A stretch of 64,000 nucleotides of DNA from Podarcis pityusensis (Eukaryota): the NCBI GenBank assembly GCA_964106645.2, contig OZ067040.1. The stretch is one strand, 5' to 3'. Below the pieces are notes generated by a model. The model did no database searches and was not told the DNA's origin. It was given only the letters and a program-made list of their open reading frames with translations. The translations under genes and the position numbers were made by a program. Positions 51,049 through 62,838 of this stretch are shown one piece after another. How positions within the stretch are numbered: the stretch's first letter is position 1; each line of letters begins with the position of its first letter.

Positions 51049-51290
51049 CAGTGGTACCTCGGGTTACATACACTTCAGGTTACAGACGCTTCAGGTTACA
51101 GACTCCGCTAATCCAGAAATAGTGCTTCAGGTTAAGAACTTTGCTTCAGGATGAGAACAGAAATCGTGCTCTGGCAGCACGGCGGCAGTGGGAGGCCCCA
51201 TTAGCTAAAGTGGTGCTTCAGGTTAAGAACAGTTTCAGGTGAAGAATGGACCTCCGGAACGAATTAAGTACTTAACCCGAGGTACCACTG
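51049..51290. mobile_element. Tigger/pogo-like MITE, subfamily B
   Basis: TIR cagtggtacctcgggtta / taacccgaggtaccactg, TA TSD both sides. Confidence 0.92.
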
Positions 51291-52357
51291 TATAGCAAGT
51301 GAGCAAAGGAGCTTGCAAATTAGGACAGTTCCAGCCTGTCCTGCTTATTTGTGGCAAACATTTGCTACAAGAATTGTGTTGCAATATAGCCCCCCCCACC
51401 TTTGTTTTGCCTCAAAGCATTCTTAGAGTAACAGAAAATCCTTTGTAGAATCTATCACCAGCTGTCTAGCTACCACTGAATAAAACTGCACAAGTTCTCA
51501 TTGGCACATACAGACTTCATTTTTCAAATAAGATTTTTTAAAAAAAACCCAAACCAAATAGCTGTGTTGGTTCTGTATTTTATTTTTTAGAACATGTGAG
51601 TGCTTTGAAATGTAGCTTCCCATAGTAGCGATTAACCCTGTGTATCTAGCGATATCTGTTGAGAGTTTATTGAAAAACTGAAGTACAGTCTCTGGGGACC
51701 TGCTACCAGTTATATGTTTTCTTCCACTAGGTATATTTGTAAATTATGAAGATATTAAAAATAAGTCACAAGTTTCAAGGGTTCTATTCTGCAAAGGAAA
51801 ATAAATCTTATTTCATTTGGCACTCCTAGGTGAACTCACAATAGTATGATAATAAATCCTCAGAATCCTAGGATGACGTGGGAATAGTTGCTGCTACACA
51901 AAAAAAGAGCAAAGTGAATGTATCATCTTTAGATTTAGATCTCAGTGAGACTCCTTCTGCTGAAGCAAAACTATATAGCCCAAACACATATCCATCTTTT
52001 GTGGATGATACATTTTCTGCACTCCGCTTATACCCTTTTTTACCTTCCACCTAATTCCAAGTATGTGTCTATCAATGTTTATCAAGATGTGTGGCAAAAT
52101 TGTCTGTGAAATAACTTCTGCAATGCAGCATTTGGAGTTGGTTAGAGGCTCATTAGACTTTTGAATGATTTTGCACGCGTCAACAAGTATATCTAGGTTC
52201 CAACTCTTAGATGACTTGTTTTCACTTAGTCAGATTTTTGTTTGCCTCTGCACTTCTAGTAACTAGCCATAACCAAAAGATAAGATGCCCGACAACAAAC
52301 ATTATTCTTACATCTTCCCAAACAAGAAGGAAACAGCATCAAATCATGGACGTTTGT

Positions 52358-52908
52358 TGTCATGAACTGGCAGGACAATGGGGACGAGGAAGAGGATACT
52401 GGTGAGGGGTGTAGTTGGGACTGGGACACACTAAGGCAAGCTGGGGTTGGGGAAGCAGAGGTTGGTGTATGAAGTTCTCATGGGGTCATGAAGGATGGTA
52501 AGGGGGTGGGGGTCAGTGTACAGGAACCAGAGCCAGAGGGACCCATAACTTCATGAACACGGTGAGCTCTGAGGTGTAGGGAGCAGTGGGCAGGGCGCTC
52601 CAAGAGGCTGAGGCAATCAAGGGCCCACAGCCCAGCTCCCTAGCTGGCCAGGTGGGGCTCGCTAGCTCTGGGAGGAGGTCTATGAGTCCTCAGCTAGAGT
52701 AGGTTCAGAACAGGTGAGGGCCTAATGCCTCGTCAAGCCCAGTTGCTGCAATCAGCATGCAAAGTACAAAAGGGAAGCAGAGCTGTGGTGCTTTGTCTGC
52801 TCAACTGCTCCAGGATATCTTTGGGACTATGCTTTGGTTTGAACATGTGGATTGACTCTGGACTGAGGACTTGACATACTGACTTGCTGCCAGGTAGGCC
52901 AGGGGACA
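52358..52908. mobile_element. Possible degraded solo-LTR-like repeat
   Basis: G-rich block starting tgtca and ending ggaca in AT-rich surroundings; similar blocks near 26436-26718 and 33268-33666. Confidence 0.3.
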
Positions 52909-53927
52909 TTTGTCCTAATTAGCCTCCTATTGCCTTGGTATTTCTATGCTAATTTTTATGCTATTTTTTCAGACTGCAAAGATTCCCAGTGACATAGAAC
53001 TTTTGACAAACACTTCACTCAATGAGATTTGTCAGTGTTTAAGCAATACTTACAACCTACAAGATTAATGAAAAGTTAAGGGAGAGAAACTTTCAAAGTT
53101 GATAAATATCATTAGTGGACCCTCCCCCCCCCCCTTTGTGAAATCTGGAATCTACTGTATATTTAGTGCTAGGCACCTGGGTCTTTTAATGTGATCTTAA
53201 CATTTCTAATTTTGATCTCTGTTTAATCAGATGTCAATGAGTTTTAGCTTGCAATTAGGGGTTGAGTTTGTGTGTTGATGCTGAAACTTGTCTGCATCTA
53301 AACATTTGTCCTTTTCTCTCATTCTACCATGAAATAATTGATAGCAGGATTATGCTATCAATTATGCTCATCTCTAATTGACAACCTGGAGTTTCCTTTG
53401 AAATATCCAGCCACTGAGCTATTACTTTTAGATGCGTAACTTTATAATACACTGTTATACTATATTTGAAGATAACCAGATTCTTATATATTTTAACTTC
53501 TATTAATTCTGCTTGCTTTCATCAGATTTTATTAAGTCACATATTTTCAGATTTTAGTGGGTTTATTTTATAGCCAGGCAATTTTGGTACATATTTTAAA
53601 GGATTAGTTAATGAAAGCATTACATCATCGGTGTTTAAATGAATTTTGTAACGGGTAGATTCAGAATTTAGCCCAGTTACATCTTCTGTTGATCTAATTA
53701 AGGTCATAATGGTTCAATGCATACAACAAAAAACAGTGCTGCTAGGAGAAACCCTGTCTTGTTCCTCTATTTACTTGAAAATAATTTGAGTACTGGCTGT
53801 TCATACATAATACAACACAGAGATCATTATAGAGTTTTAACATTATCCTGAAACTGTTTACCAGTATCTAATTTCTATAACGGGGAATATGAATACATTC
53901 ATTCTATATGATCAAATGCTTTTTCAG

Positions 53928-54060
53928 AACGATGGGGGTGGAGACGCTCCTTCAGGTATACTGGACCGAGGCTGTTTATGGCTTTAAAGGTCAGCACCAA
54001 CACTTTGAACTGTGCTGGGAAACGTACTGGGAGCCAATGTAGGTCTTTCAAGACCAGTAT
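53928..54060 (-). mobile_element. L2 LINE fragment
   Basis: LKDLHWLPVRFPAQFKVLVLTFKAINSLGPVYLKERL, typical L2 ORF2 C-terminal region. Confidence 0.85.
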
Positions 54061-54799
54061 TATTTGAACAACAGAGCAGCTACTCAGCATAGCAGCTAAG
54101 ACTTGCTACATATGTAAAACTAAGGTCCCAACTACTTCCTACTGTGCCATGGAGGGAACCACATTCAGGCTGGGCTGTGGAGTTTCTATTATAGACCTGA
54201 CATGCTTCTTAAAGAGACAGGCCACACCCACAACACAGCACTGCTAAACACCTTGGAATTTTGTGCCCCTTGCTTCTTTTAGGAACACCAACTGCACTTA
54301 TTTTTAAGTAATTTCCTTGCCTTTTTTCATTTATAATCTCTTACCCTTTCTGGAAAACAGCATGCTGGCTTCTAAAAATAACCATTGCAATTCTCTATAA
54401 ACACAATGGTCTACCCACAGCTGTATTCATGGTTGACGACAAGTTCACTCCTCAAATACGTCATTACTTTTTGTTTAGCTTCTTGGTGGGCTGGACTTCA
54501 GCCCACTAATATGCAGGAGATTTTCCAGTTATGATTGCATCCAGTCTGCAATCAAGTAGACTGGTGAACAGTAAATTAAATGGGAACCAAAACAATTTGA
54601 TTTAAAAAAAAAAAAATTAAGTCCAGGCTCTCTCTCCATTTTTTCAAAAGGAAATGTTCCAGATGGTCATTGATGTATGGGGTTAGTTGCTGAGTTTGTT
54701 AACTCCAGTTTGAGAATTACTGCTAACGTTATCATATGGCAAAAGCAGTGGTGTGTAATTTCCTGATTGTTGCAGTACGTCCCAGTATGTTTCTGACAA

Positions 54800-55185
54800 T
54801 TCAAAGTGTTGGTGTTGACCTTTAAAGCCCTAAACAGCCTTGGCCCAGTATACCTGAAGGAGCGTCTCCACCCCCATCATTCTGCCCGGATGCTGAGGTC
54901 CAGCGCTGAGGGCTTCTGACAGTTCCCTCACTGCAAGAAGCAAAACTACAGGGAACCAGGCAGAGGGCCTTCTTGGTGGTGGCACCCTCCCTGTGGAATG
55001 CCCTCCCATCAGATGGCAAAGAAATAAACTATATGACATTTAGAAGACATCTGAAGGCTGTTCAGGGAAGTTTTTAATGTCTTACATTTTAATGTATTTT
55101 TAATCTTTGTTGGAAGCTGCCCAGAGTGGCTGGGGAAACCCAGCCAGATGGGTGGGGTACAAATAATAAATTATTATTATTTATT
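54800..55185 (+). mobile_element. L2 LINE 3' fragment
   Basis: FKVLVLTFKALNSLGPVYLKERL..RAFLVVAPSLWNALP then 3'UTR ending aataataaattattattat. Confidence 0.85.
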
Positions 55186-55209
55186 GCAGATTTACACATA
55201 CTAACTTGG

Positions 55210-55378
55210 GTCACATCCACATCCATATATTTAAAGCACAAGGCTTCCCTTCTGGGAAGGGAAGGGTGATGAGTATTTTAGGGGATTTAAAAGGGAGTAA
55301 ATTGTAGTTCCCTGGATTTAAAGCCAAGTTTTTCGTTTTCCGTTTAACTGTGCTTTAAAGGTATGGTGTGGATGTGAC
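55210..55378. mobile_element. Palindromic MITE (family of 43414-43568)
   Basis: gtcacatccaca..tttaaagcaca / tgtgctttaaa..tgtggatgtgac. Confidence 0.7.
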
Positions 55379-55868
55379 TGTAGTTCTGCAGAGTGCCAAG
55401 GGGATGCCAATTCCATTTCTCCTACATGGACTCAGCCAGGGCTTCAATGATCTCCGTTCAGCTTCAAGAAGGCTGATTGGGCATCACTGTAATTGAGATA
55501 ACTAAAGCACAAATCTGAGTAGCACTGGCACCTACAATAAATTGTGCAGGGGGAAAGTAATAAAGGTGTATGAGCAGCCATTGCTTTCCTTGTAAGATAT
55601 ATAGTTATATATTTGTAGTGCAAATTATTTTGAAGGACCAAAGAGTCAGTCCCTTATGGAAGGAATAAGTGGTACTGCTTATTAGTTCAGAACCTAAAAT
55701 ATCTGTTTGAAAGGAAACAATGACATTGGTTTTTTTGCCAGTGTCTGTTTCAGATGAGTACAAGATCTAATTCTAGACGCCAAAGTGTCAAATATCCAGT
55801 CAAGTGAACGGAGGTCCATAGCCACTCCAACTTTCTAGTGCATTTGTTCATAAAGCTGTATTCTATAA

Positions 55869-55870
<2 letters not shown>

Positions 55871-55914
<44 letters not shown>

Positions 55915-55919
55915 ACACA
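55871..55919. repeat. (AC)n microsatellite
   Basis: Dinucleotide run with one interruption. Confidence 0.95.
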
Positions 55920-55937
55920 TATATCCCATACCCTATA

Positions 55938-56638
55938 CAGTGGTTTGTTGTTTAGTCGTGTCCGACTCTTTGTGACCCCATGGACCAGAGCACGCCAGGC
56001 ACTGCTGTCTTCCACTTCCTTTCTGCAGTTTGGTCAAACTCATGCTGGTAGCTTCGAGAACACTGTCCAACCATCTCGTCCTCTGTCGCCCCCTTCTCCT
56101 TGTGCCCTCCATCTTTCCCAACATCAGGGTTTTTTCCAGGGAGTCTTTCCTTCAGAATGGATAGGTTTGATCTTCTTGCAGTCCATGAAGATCAAACCTA
56201 TCCATTCTTAAGGAAATTAGCCCTGAGTGTTCGCTGGAAGGACAGATCCTGAAGCTGAGGCTCCAATACTTTGGCCACCTCACGAGAAGAGAAGACTCCC
56301 TGGAAAAGACCCTGATGCTGGGAAAGATGGAGGGCATAAGGAGAAGGGGACGACAGAGGACAAGATGGTTGGACAGTGTACAACTGTCCACAGTGGTACC
56401 TTGGGTTAAGTGGTACCTCAGGTTAAGTACTTAATTCGTTCTGGAGGTCCATTCTTAACCTGAAACTGAAGCACCGCTTTAGCTAATGGGGCCTCCTGCT
56501 GCAACCACACCGCTGGAGAACAATTTCTATTCTCATCCTGAAGCAAAGTTCTTAACCTGAGGTACTATTTCTGGGTTAGCGGAGTCTGTAACCTGAAGCG
56601 TATGTAACCTGAAGCGTATGTAACCCAAGGTACCACTG
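55938..56638. mobile_element. Tigger/pogo-like MITE, subfamily B, with Bov-B in its left TIR (body 56391-56638)
   Basis: TA|cagtggt at 55936, TIR resumes at 56391, right end ggtaccactg|TA at 56638. Confidence 0.88.
55945..56389. mobile_element. Rearranged (fold-back) Bov-B insertion
   Basis: Minus-strand Bov-B 3' end 55945-56187 followed by plus-strand Bov-B 56188-56379; TSD acagtggt (55937-55944, 56390-56397). Confidence 0.9.
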
Positions 56639-57279
56639 TACTGAGGGCATGGGAATGTGTCAGGGATTGTACTTTGGGCCCTGAGAGTGTCTGAATAAAA
56701 GAGACCACACAAACCAAGAGTTCCATAACACTAAAAAAAAATGTTGTAGCTTTGGTTTGGTTTGCTCACCAGTGGCTCAAACATGTGTCAGAAAGGACCG
56801 TTTGGTACAGCATAGGGTATAATTTTGCCTCTGGCATTTTCACTACACCGCAAAAACGTGTTGTTGTTTTTTATGCTGAGCCAGGAAAAGGCAAACCAAA
56901 CAAAAGGAATACCATGTAGCTGAAGATGTATTTTCCTGTCTATATAAGGATTGCATGGTAATTGAGGAATCAAGACAATCTCTGGAAATGAACCTTTAGG
57001 AGCATGGCTTATCAATTTACCTTACAATCCAATTATCATAGAATATAAATGGCAAAGCAATGTTAGGTGCTGTGATGACGCTTAGCATCAAAGAAAATGT
57101 TAGTCAGTTAGCAAAAGGTTGATGCTCAGTGGACTTATATACACATGACATTAGTGTGCCAATGTAATTTTTATGTAGCCTCTGCAAAAAAGAATGAAAA
57201 TGTGTTGCAAACTGATCAGCAGTTGTCTAAAGACTCAATCAAGACTTTCTGAGCCCAGTTAGTCAAAACCCTTTAATAC

Positions 57280-57425
57280 AAAGGTTGGAAACCTGTGGCC
57301 CATCTGATGGTATGCTGTACTGCAACACCCGTTATCCTTGATCATTGGCCATGCTGGCTGGAGCTGATGAGAACTATAACCAAACCACATCTGGAGGGTC
57401 GCAGCACAGGTTCTCTACCTCTGCT
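57280..57425. mobile_element. Degraded hAT MITE (family of 99-234)
   Basis: aaaggttggaaacctgtg / cacaggttctctacctct ends; acatctggaggg. Confidence 0.55.
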
Positions 57426-59209
57426 TTAACAGGAGATGCAGAAGAACAGGTTGCAAATAAAAACATCCACTGCAGTTTAGAAGCAAAGGTATTTTTTTTG
57501 AAGAAGTAATACAGCTCCTTTACATTTGCCAAGGCGAAGTGTCCCTCCTCTTCTCCCCTAAAATGACTTTCCCAACATTTAGTTACCACATGGCTATTGA
57601 TAGCCCTTTCCATCTCAGAACTGCTGATTTCATCAGTGACAAATACACCACTAAGTTTTCCCGGCATTGATTTCTTTGCTTTCTACTTTCTCCAATAATA
57701 AAAGCTGTCTGTTATTCTGAGTCTGTATGCGTAGAGATGCCCTGCTTTTTTCTGGGGAAGGAAATGCTTCCTAGGAAAATGAGGGTTATCAGCTCTGGAT
57801 GTATTCATTTCATTCTATTTAGAAGGGTTCTATCTCACCCTCTGGTCAAATGATCCTCAGGGAAGCTTGCAACAGACAGCAGTTAAGACAGGTATAACAT
57901 GTGCTTAATAATAATAATTTTATTATTTATACCCAACTCATCCAGCTGGATTGCCCCAGCCGCTCTGAGCGACTTGTTCAAGTGTTTCGCAGAACACAGG
58001 TACAAGTTGTCTCTACACATGTACAAGTGTTTGTGTGCAAGAGTGTGCACAGGTTGATGTGAACAGCTCAGCTATTGCATACGCAGCTGCACATTTCTTG
58101 AACACAATGCACAAACACCCCTTGTTGGATCATAGAGGCCATTTTTCTTCCATTCTTCAGTCTTGGAGCAACTGCAAGATGAGAGCGGAGTATTTGTTCT
58201 CGTAGAGGAACAAGCTCCTTGCAGCTGCTACTTCTCAGATTGATGGATGAGGCTAGACTGCTCTTCCTTTTGCCATGGCCTGGCAAGCAGATTGCACAGC
58301 TGCCCGGTAGCTTTTGTTCCCTTGACCAATGGTAGCGGCCAGAGTGTGCTTCCCTCCAGCTCTGCAGTCCCAGGTCAACATAGCAAACCTGCCTGTGCCA
58401 GACTCCAGGCATGCGGTGAGCCATGGGATCTTTGCCCATTGTCTGCAAAACTGATTCCAATTTGATGGGGTCATATCTGAGCCAAGGAAAACCTGGCACA
58501 ATGTCAACAAAACAGCATCACGGCCTTAAGTACATATAAATAGGAGATCAAAAGGAAAATTCCTATTGATAAACCCTTCCTGGCAGGAATATGACTTGGG
58601 CACCCAAGAATATAGAAAGCAACCTAATAAAGGCATGTGTAGGTTGCAGTACTTGGGAATGCAAAGAGCATTCAACCTAGGGACTCAGCTATACAGCTGC
58701 AAACAAAATGTTTTGAGTGCAATATACAATGTGACACTAGATGGCGATGGTGAGCCTTATGGAAAATTCAGTGTATTTCTTAAAACACTTTTTAAAAAAG
58801 CATTTTCAGAACGGTTTTTATATGTGTGTTGATTCCACCCAAGTCATCCATACCACAAACTCCCTAGAACAACCTTGAGGAATGTTCCCTGAGCAGAAAT
58901 CCAACTTAACTTTAGGAGCCGAGTTTCATGATACCCAGAACAAATTTTGCGCATATTTGGAGTAACCCAGAATGTGTGTGATATTTTAAGATGGACTGTT
59001 TTCATTATTCACCAGGTTTGTTGATACAATATGGCCGCACTTCAGAATGGGGTGATGCTGCAGGTAGTGCATGGCAGTTCCCAATCGCCACTACTAAGCA
59101 GAAACAAAGCAGGAGGGACCTGCCCACACCATGGAATGGTTGCCATGCTGGGCCTGAATAGAGGCTCTAGCAGCGCTTTCTTATCATGCCATTACATACA
59201 TAATAAGTA

Positions 59210-59455
59210 CAGTGGTACCTTGGTTTAAGAACAGCTTAGTTTATGAACAACTTGGATTAAGAACGCTGCAAACCTGGAAGTAGGTGTTTTGGTTTGTGAA
59301 CTTTGCCTTGGAAGCAGAACATGTTCCGCTTCCAGTTGAATGTGTTCCATTTGTAAATTGAGTCCCCCGCTGCTATGGGAAAGCACAACTTGGTTTAAGA
59401 ACACTTTGGTTTAAGAACAGACTTCTGGAACGGATTAAGTTCGTAACCCAAGGTA
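59210..59455. mobile_element. Tigger/pogo-like MITE, subfamily C, right TIR truncated
   Basis: TA|cagtggtaccttggtt; internal ttggtttaagaac repeats; ends acccaaggta. Confidence 0.8.
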
Positions 59456-61042
59456 TTGGATAAGGGCGTAATCTCTCTTGGGAGATGTTTTAAAATGATT
59501 GATCTAAGAGAGTAGCTAGGAAACATGCAAATCACATTAGTACAGCAATGAAAAATAGTGAAAGAGGACAGATGCATACCTCCAACATTCCTCTGATGAA
59601 AATAGGGACAGTTCTTACTCCCACAAGTGTGCGCATGCCAGGCGCCTGCCAAAGTTGGGCTGAACTCGGCGCATGTGTAGCAAGCTACAGTTCCCAGGAT
59701 TCTTTGAGCCGAAGCCATGACTGTTAAAGTTGTATAATAGGGCTTTAAATGTGTGGTGTGAATGTGGCCTAAGATTCAGTTGCTATTATGACAGGGAGGG
59801 GAGGCTCCAGCTTCTCCTTTGCCTCAAGCAGCCAAATGTCTGGAGCCAGCCCTACTCTTACAGCAATGCTGTGCTGTGGCAGAGGCCGGGAGGCAGTGAT
59901 TTGTCCAAGGTCATACAATAAGCTTTCTGGCTGAAGTATTATTCAATCTTTGGAAGCTCATGAAGAGCTATTTATGTCTAGGTATCTCACAACTGTATGT
60001 TCTTACCCAAAGAATCCAACAGCAGCCATTTAAACTCATTTGTGTGTGTGTTTCACTTTAAAAAAAGCATTTTCTGTGGATTACTTTTTGAGCCCTCACA
60101 TGTCTTCTGACTGATTTGATGCGAGCCTAAGAAAGCTGTATGACTCATGTCAGAACTTTTGAAAACCTAGGAGAATATTCATGCAATTTCTTTCTCTCCT
60201 TTTTTACGAGTTTACTATAAAAGGTGTGAGAACTCACTTGACTGGCAAGGTGTCAGATGTTGAAGGAGCCCATCTATATATTTTTTTAATAAAACCTCCA
60301 TGCACTTGAAAGGGCTTGAAAGCTTGACAAACTGTAGTATGGGCTAGTGCAGCCCTGCAGAAAAGACGTTGTGTAAGATTATAGGATTCAATTTTGTGTT
60401 TCCTGAAGGGACTGCCAATGCAAAAGGGAGAAATGGTGTAGGCTCGTGCTTTAAGAGATATGCTTACAATGTTTTTCTGCGCCAATAAACCAAGAGAGTG
60501 ATGAGTGAATGAAAAATTAATCACTTTGTGTGTAATAAACTGGGTGACACTTCCACTAACACTTGGCCACCTTCTCCTTTTCCATTGAGTCATCACTGGC
60601 TAGAAAACTCTACTGAAACTCGAGAATTATACAGCACACCAGGAAACTAGAAGATGATGAGCGGTTTTAGGGACCCTTGTTCTGCTAAATGCAGTCCATG
60701 AGAGAACCATATGACCACCTGTGCCATTTTCTTGCATTTCTAGTCTTTAATTAAGTCTTTAATTAAGATCTCTATCTTTCACACAAAGTGTACAGGGTTG
60801 AGATATTCCACTACGTGTTGGAGTATGCCAGCTTCACTGCAACAAACTCTGCCACCACACCTCGGTATGTACAAAAGAAACCATCTCAGGTGCTTTGTTT
60901 ATTTACACACGACATAATAGCATGCCTCCATAGGAATCTTCAGAGACCAGTGTAAAACAAAGATGTGATCCATTCATGTTCGCATTAGCGTCTTAAGATT
61001 GCTTCTCAGGACCACCTAACCTTATCTGAATTATTATTCATA

Positions 61043-61268
61043 CAGTGGTACCTCGGGTTAAGTACTTAATTCGTTCTGGAGGTCTGTTCTTAACCTGAAA
61101 CTGTTCTTAACCTGAAGCACCACTTTAGCTAATGGGGCTTCCTGCTGCCGCCGCGCCGCCAGAGCACGATTTCTGTTCTCATCCTGAAGCAAAGTTCTTA
61201 ACCCGAGGTACTATTTCTGGGTTAGCGGAGTCTGTAACCTGAAGCATCTGTAATCCAAGGTACCACTG
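61043..61268. mobile_element. Tigger/pogo-like MITE, subfamily B
   Basis: TA|cagtggtacctcggg ... aaggtaccactg|TA; reverse orientation relative to 51049-51290. Confidence 0.92.
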
Positions 61269-61641
61269 TACTATGACGACTACTATTAGATTTATATGCT
61301 CCTTAATGCCAAAATAGGCTTCTAATTGGTTCACAAGTGCACAAGCATTGAAGTATAAACATCCATAAATAAAATATGCAATGAAACAATCCCATTAAAA
61401 CAATACGAGAGATTGGCTAACACAATACACTTCCAGTGAGTACACTGGCTTCTGGGGGCTGAGGCACTGGGGGGGGGGCTGAACTTTTTTGAGGGGGCCA
61501 GGGCTCCTCAGTGTTCAAAGCCCCCTCCCCCCACGATGTCAGGATGTTGCGAGATGTCACTAGTGTAATGGCAGGACATTGTGTCCAGCCCCTCTGACTC
61601 CAAGAGTCTCTTTTTACCAGGGACAGTCAATGTTCCCTGAT

Positions 61642-61781
61642 NNNNNNNNNNNNNNNNNNNNNNNNNNNNNNNNNNNNNNNNNNNNNNNNNNNNNNNNNNN
61701 NNNNNNNNNNNNNNNNNNNNNNNNNNNNNNNNNNNNNNNNNNNNNNNNNNNNNNNNNNNNNNNNNNNNNNNNNNNNNNNNN
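61642..61781. other. Assembly gap (N run)
   Basis: 140 N. Confidence 1.
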
Positions 61782-61884
61782 TTTGGGGAGATAGATGGCT
61801 TGTTACATTTTTTGTTAATCTGGGTTTCCAGCATTTTCATTCTTCAGTGTTTACCTGCTTTCCAGGGTCTCTAGAAATTAAACT

Positions 61885-62282
61885 AGGGATGGAGGATAGA
61901 TTTGATTCAGTTTACATTTCAAGATGAATCTAATTTTCACTTTCCAAAACAATAAATGAACCAAGACACAGTTTTGAAATTTGTATGTATCCAAATTTTG
62001 CAGTGCAGTTCACCAGCCAAGCAATCTGTACAAAAAAACATAATGTGCATATAAATGCACGTTAGTGAAAATAACATAAAAATGCATTATGTTAGAGGAA
62101 CCAGTTTTGCAAAAATGAATGTATTGGGAAAGTGCATACAAAAAGGTGTCTTACTAGGATAAATTCACACTAAAATGCTGGTGAATTTTTATAAGGACTT
62201 TTAAAATAGTTGCAGATTGATGGGGAACTGAAATTGAGATTGGCAAAATGAGAAACAAAAACTGACATGTGCACCCATCCCT
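61885..62282. mobile_element. Old non-autonomous DNA-transposon-like repeat
   Basis: Ends tagggatgg / ccatccctg; interior shared with 13610-13900, 16877-17285, 27955-28260. Confidence 0.6.
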
Positions 62283-62704
62283 GTCTAGCACAAATGTAGG
62301 CAAAATGCATGTCCAAGAACTCTAAGATGTTATGTAGTGTTCAGCCTGCCATTTCACATACAATGTCTGCTTACTAAGATAAAAATGGCCACTTAAAGCT
62401 TTCCTGGGTGAGCAGTAGTTGCATCCCCTCACGTTTGGTCAGCAGCCTGTGCACGTGAGTTTAGCCAGCACTTGGGAATTTTCCTGGCTGGTCCACAGGG
62501 CAGGACTGCCCACCAAAGTTAAATGAGCCAATTGAAAACATACAGCCAAATCTGGATTATAACAAAGATCCATCTAGTGCTGTCTTGTGTTTCCACAGTG
62601 GTCACCAAGGTCAGGGAGGTGACTTGTAAGCATTTAAATAAGCCAACAGTGTGTACTAATGAAGTGTACTAATTGATCTTTAGTATTGTGTGTTTCAAGC
62701 ATTT

Positions 62705-62838
62705 GTTTTATTTATTTAATAATTTATTATTTATACCCCAGCCACTCTGGATGGCTTCCAACAAAATATTAAATACAGTAATGCATCAAACATTAAAAGC
62801 TTCCCTAAACAGGGCTGCCTTCAGATGTCTTCTGAAGG
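62705..62838 (-). mobile_element. L2 LINE 3' end
   Basis: Reverse complement of the 55040-55180 region (cagccactctgg..gcttccaacaaa..cattaaaa.cttccct..ccttcagatgtcttct). Confidence 0.8.

Noticed and set aside
58068-58510. 143-aa and 85-aa ORFs
   Set aside because: No recognisable domain or convincing splice sites; length compatible with chance in a GC-richer patch.
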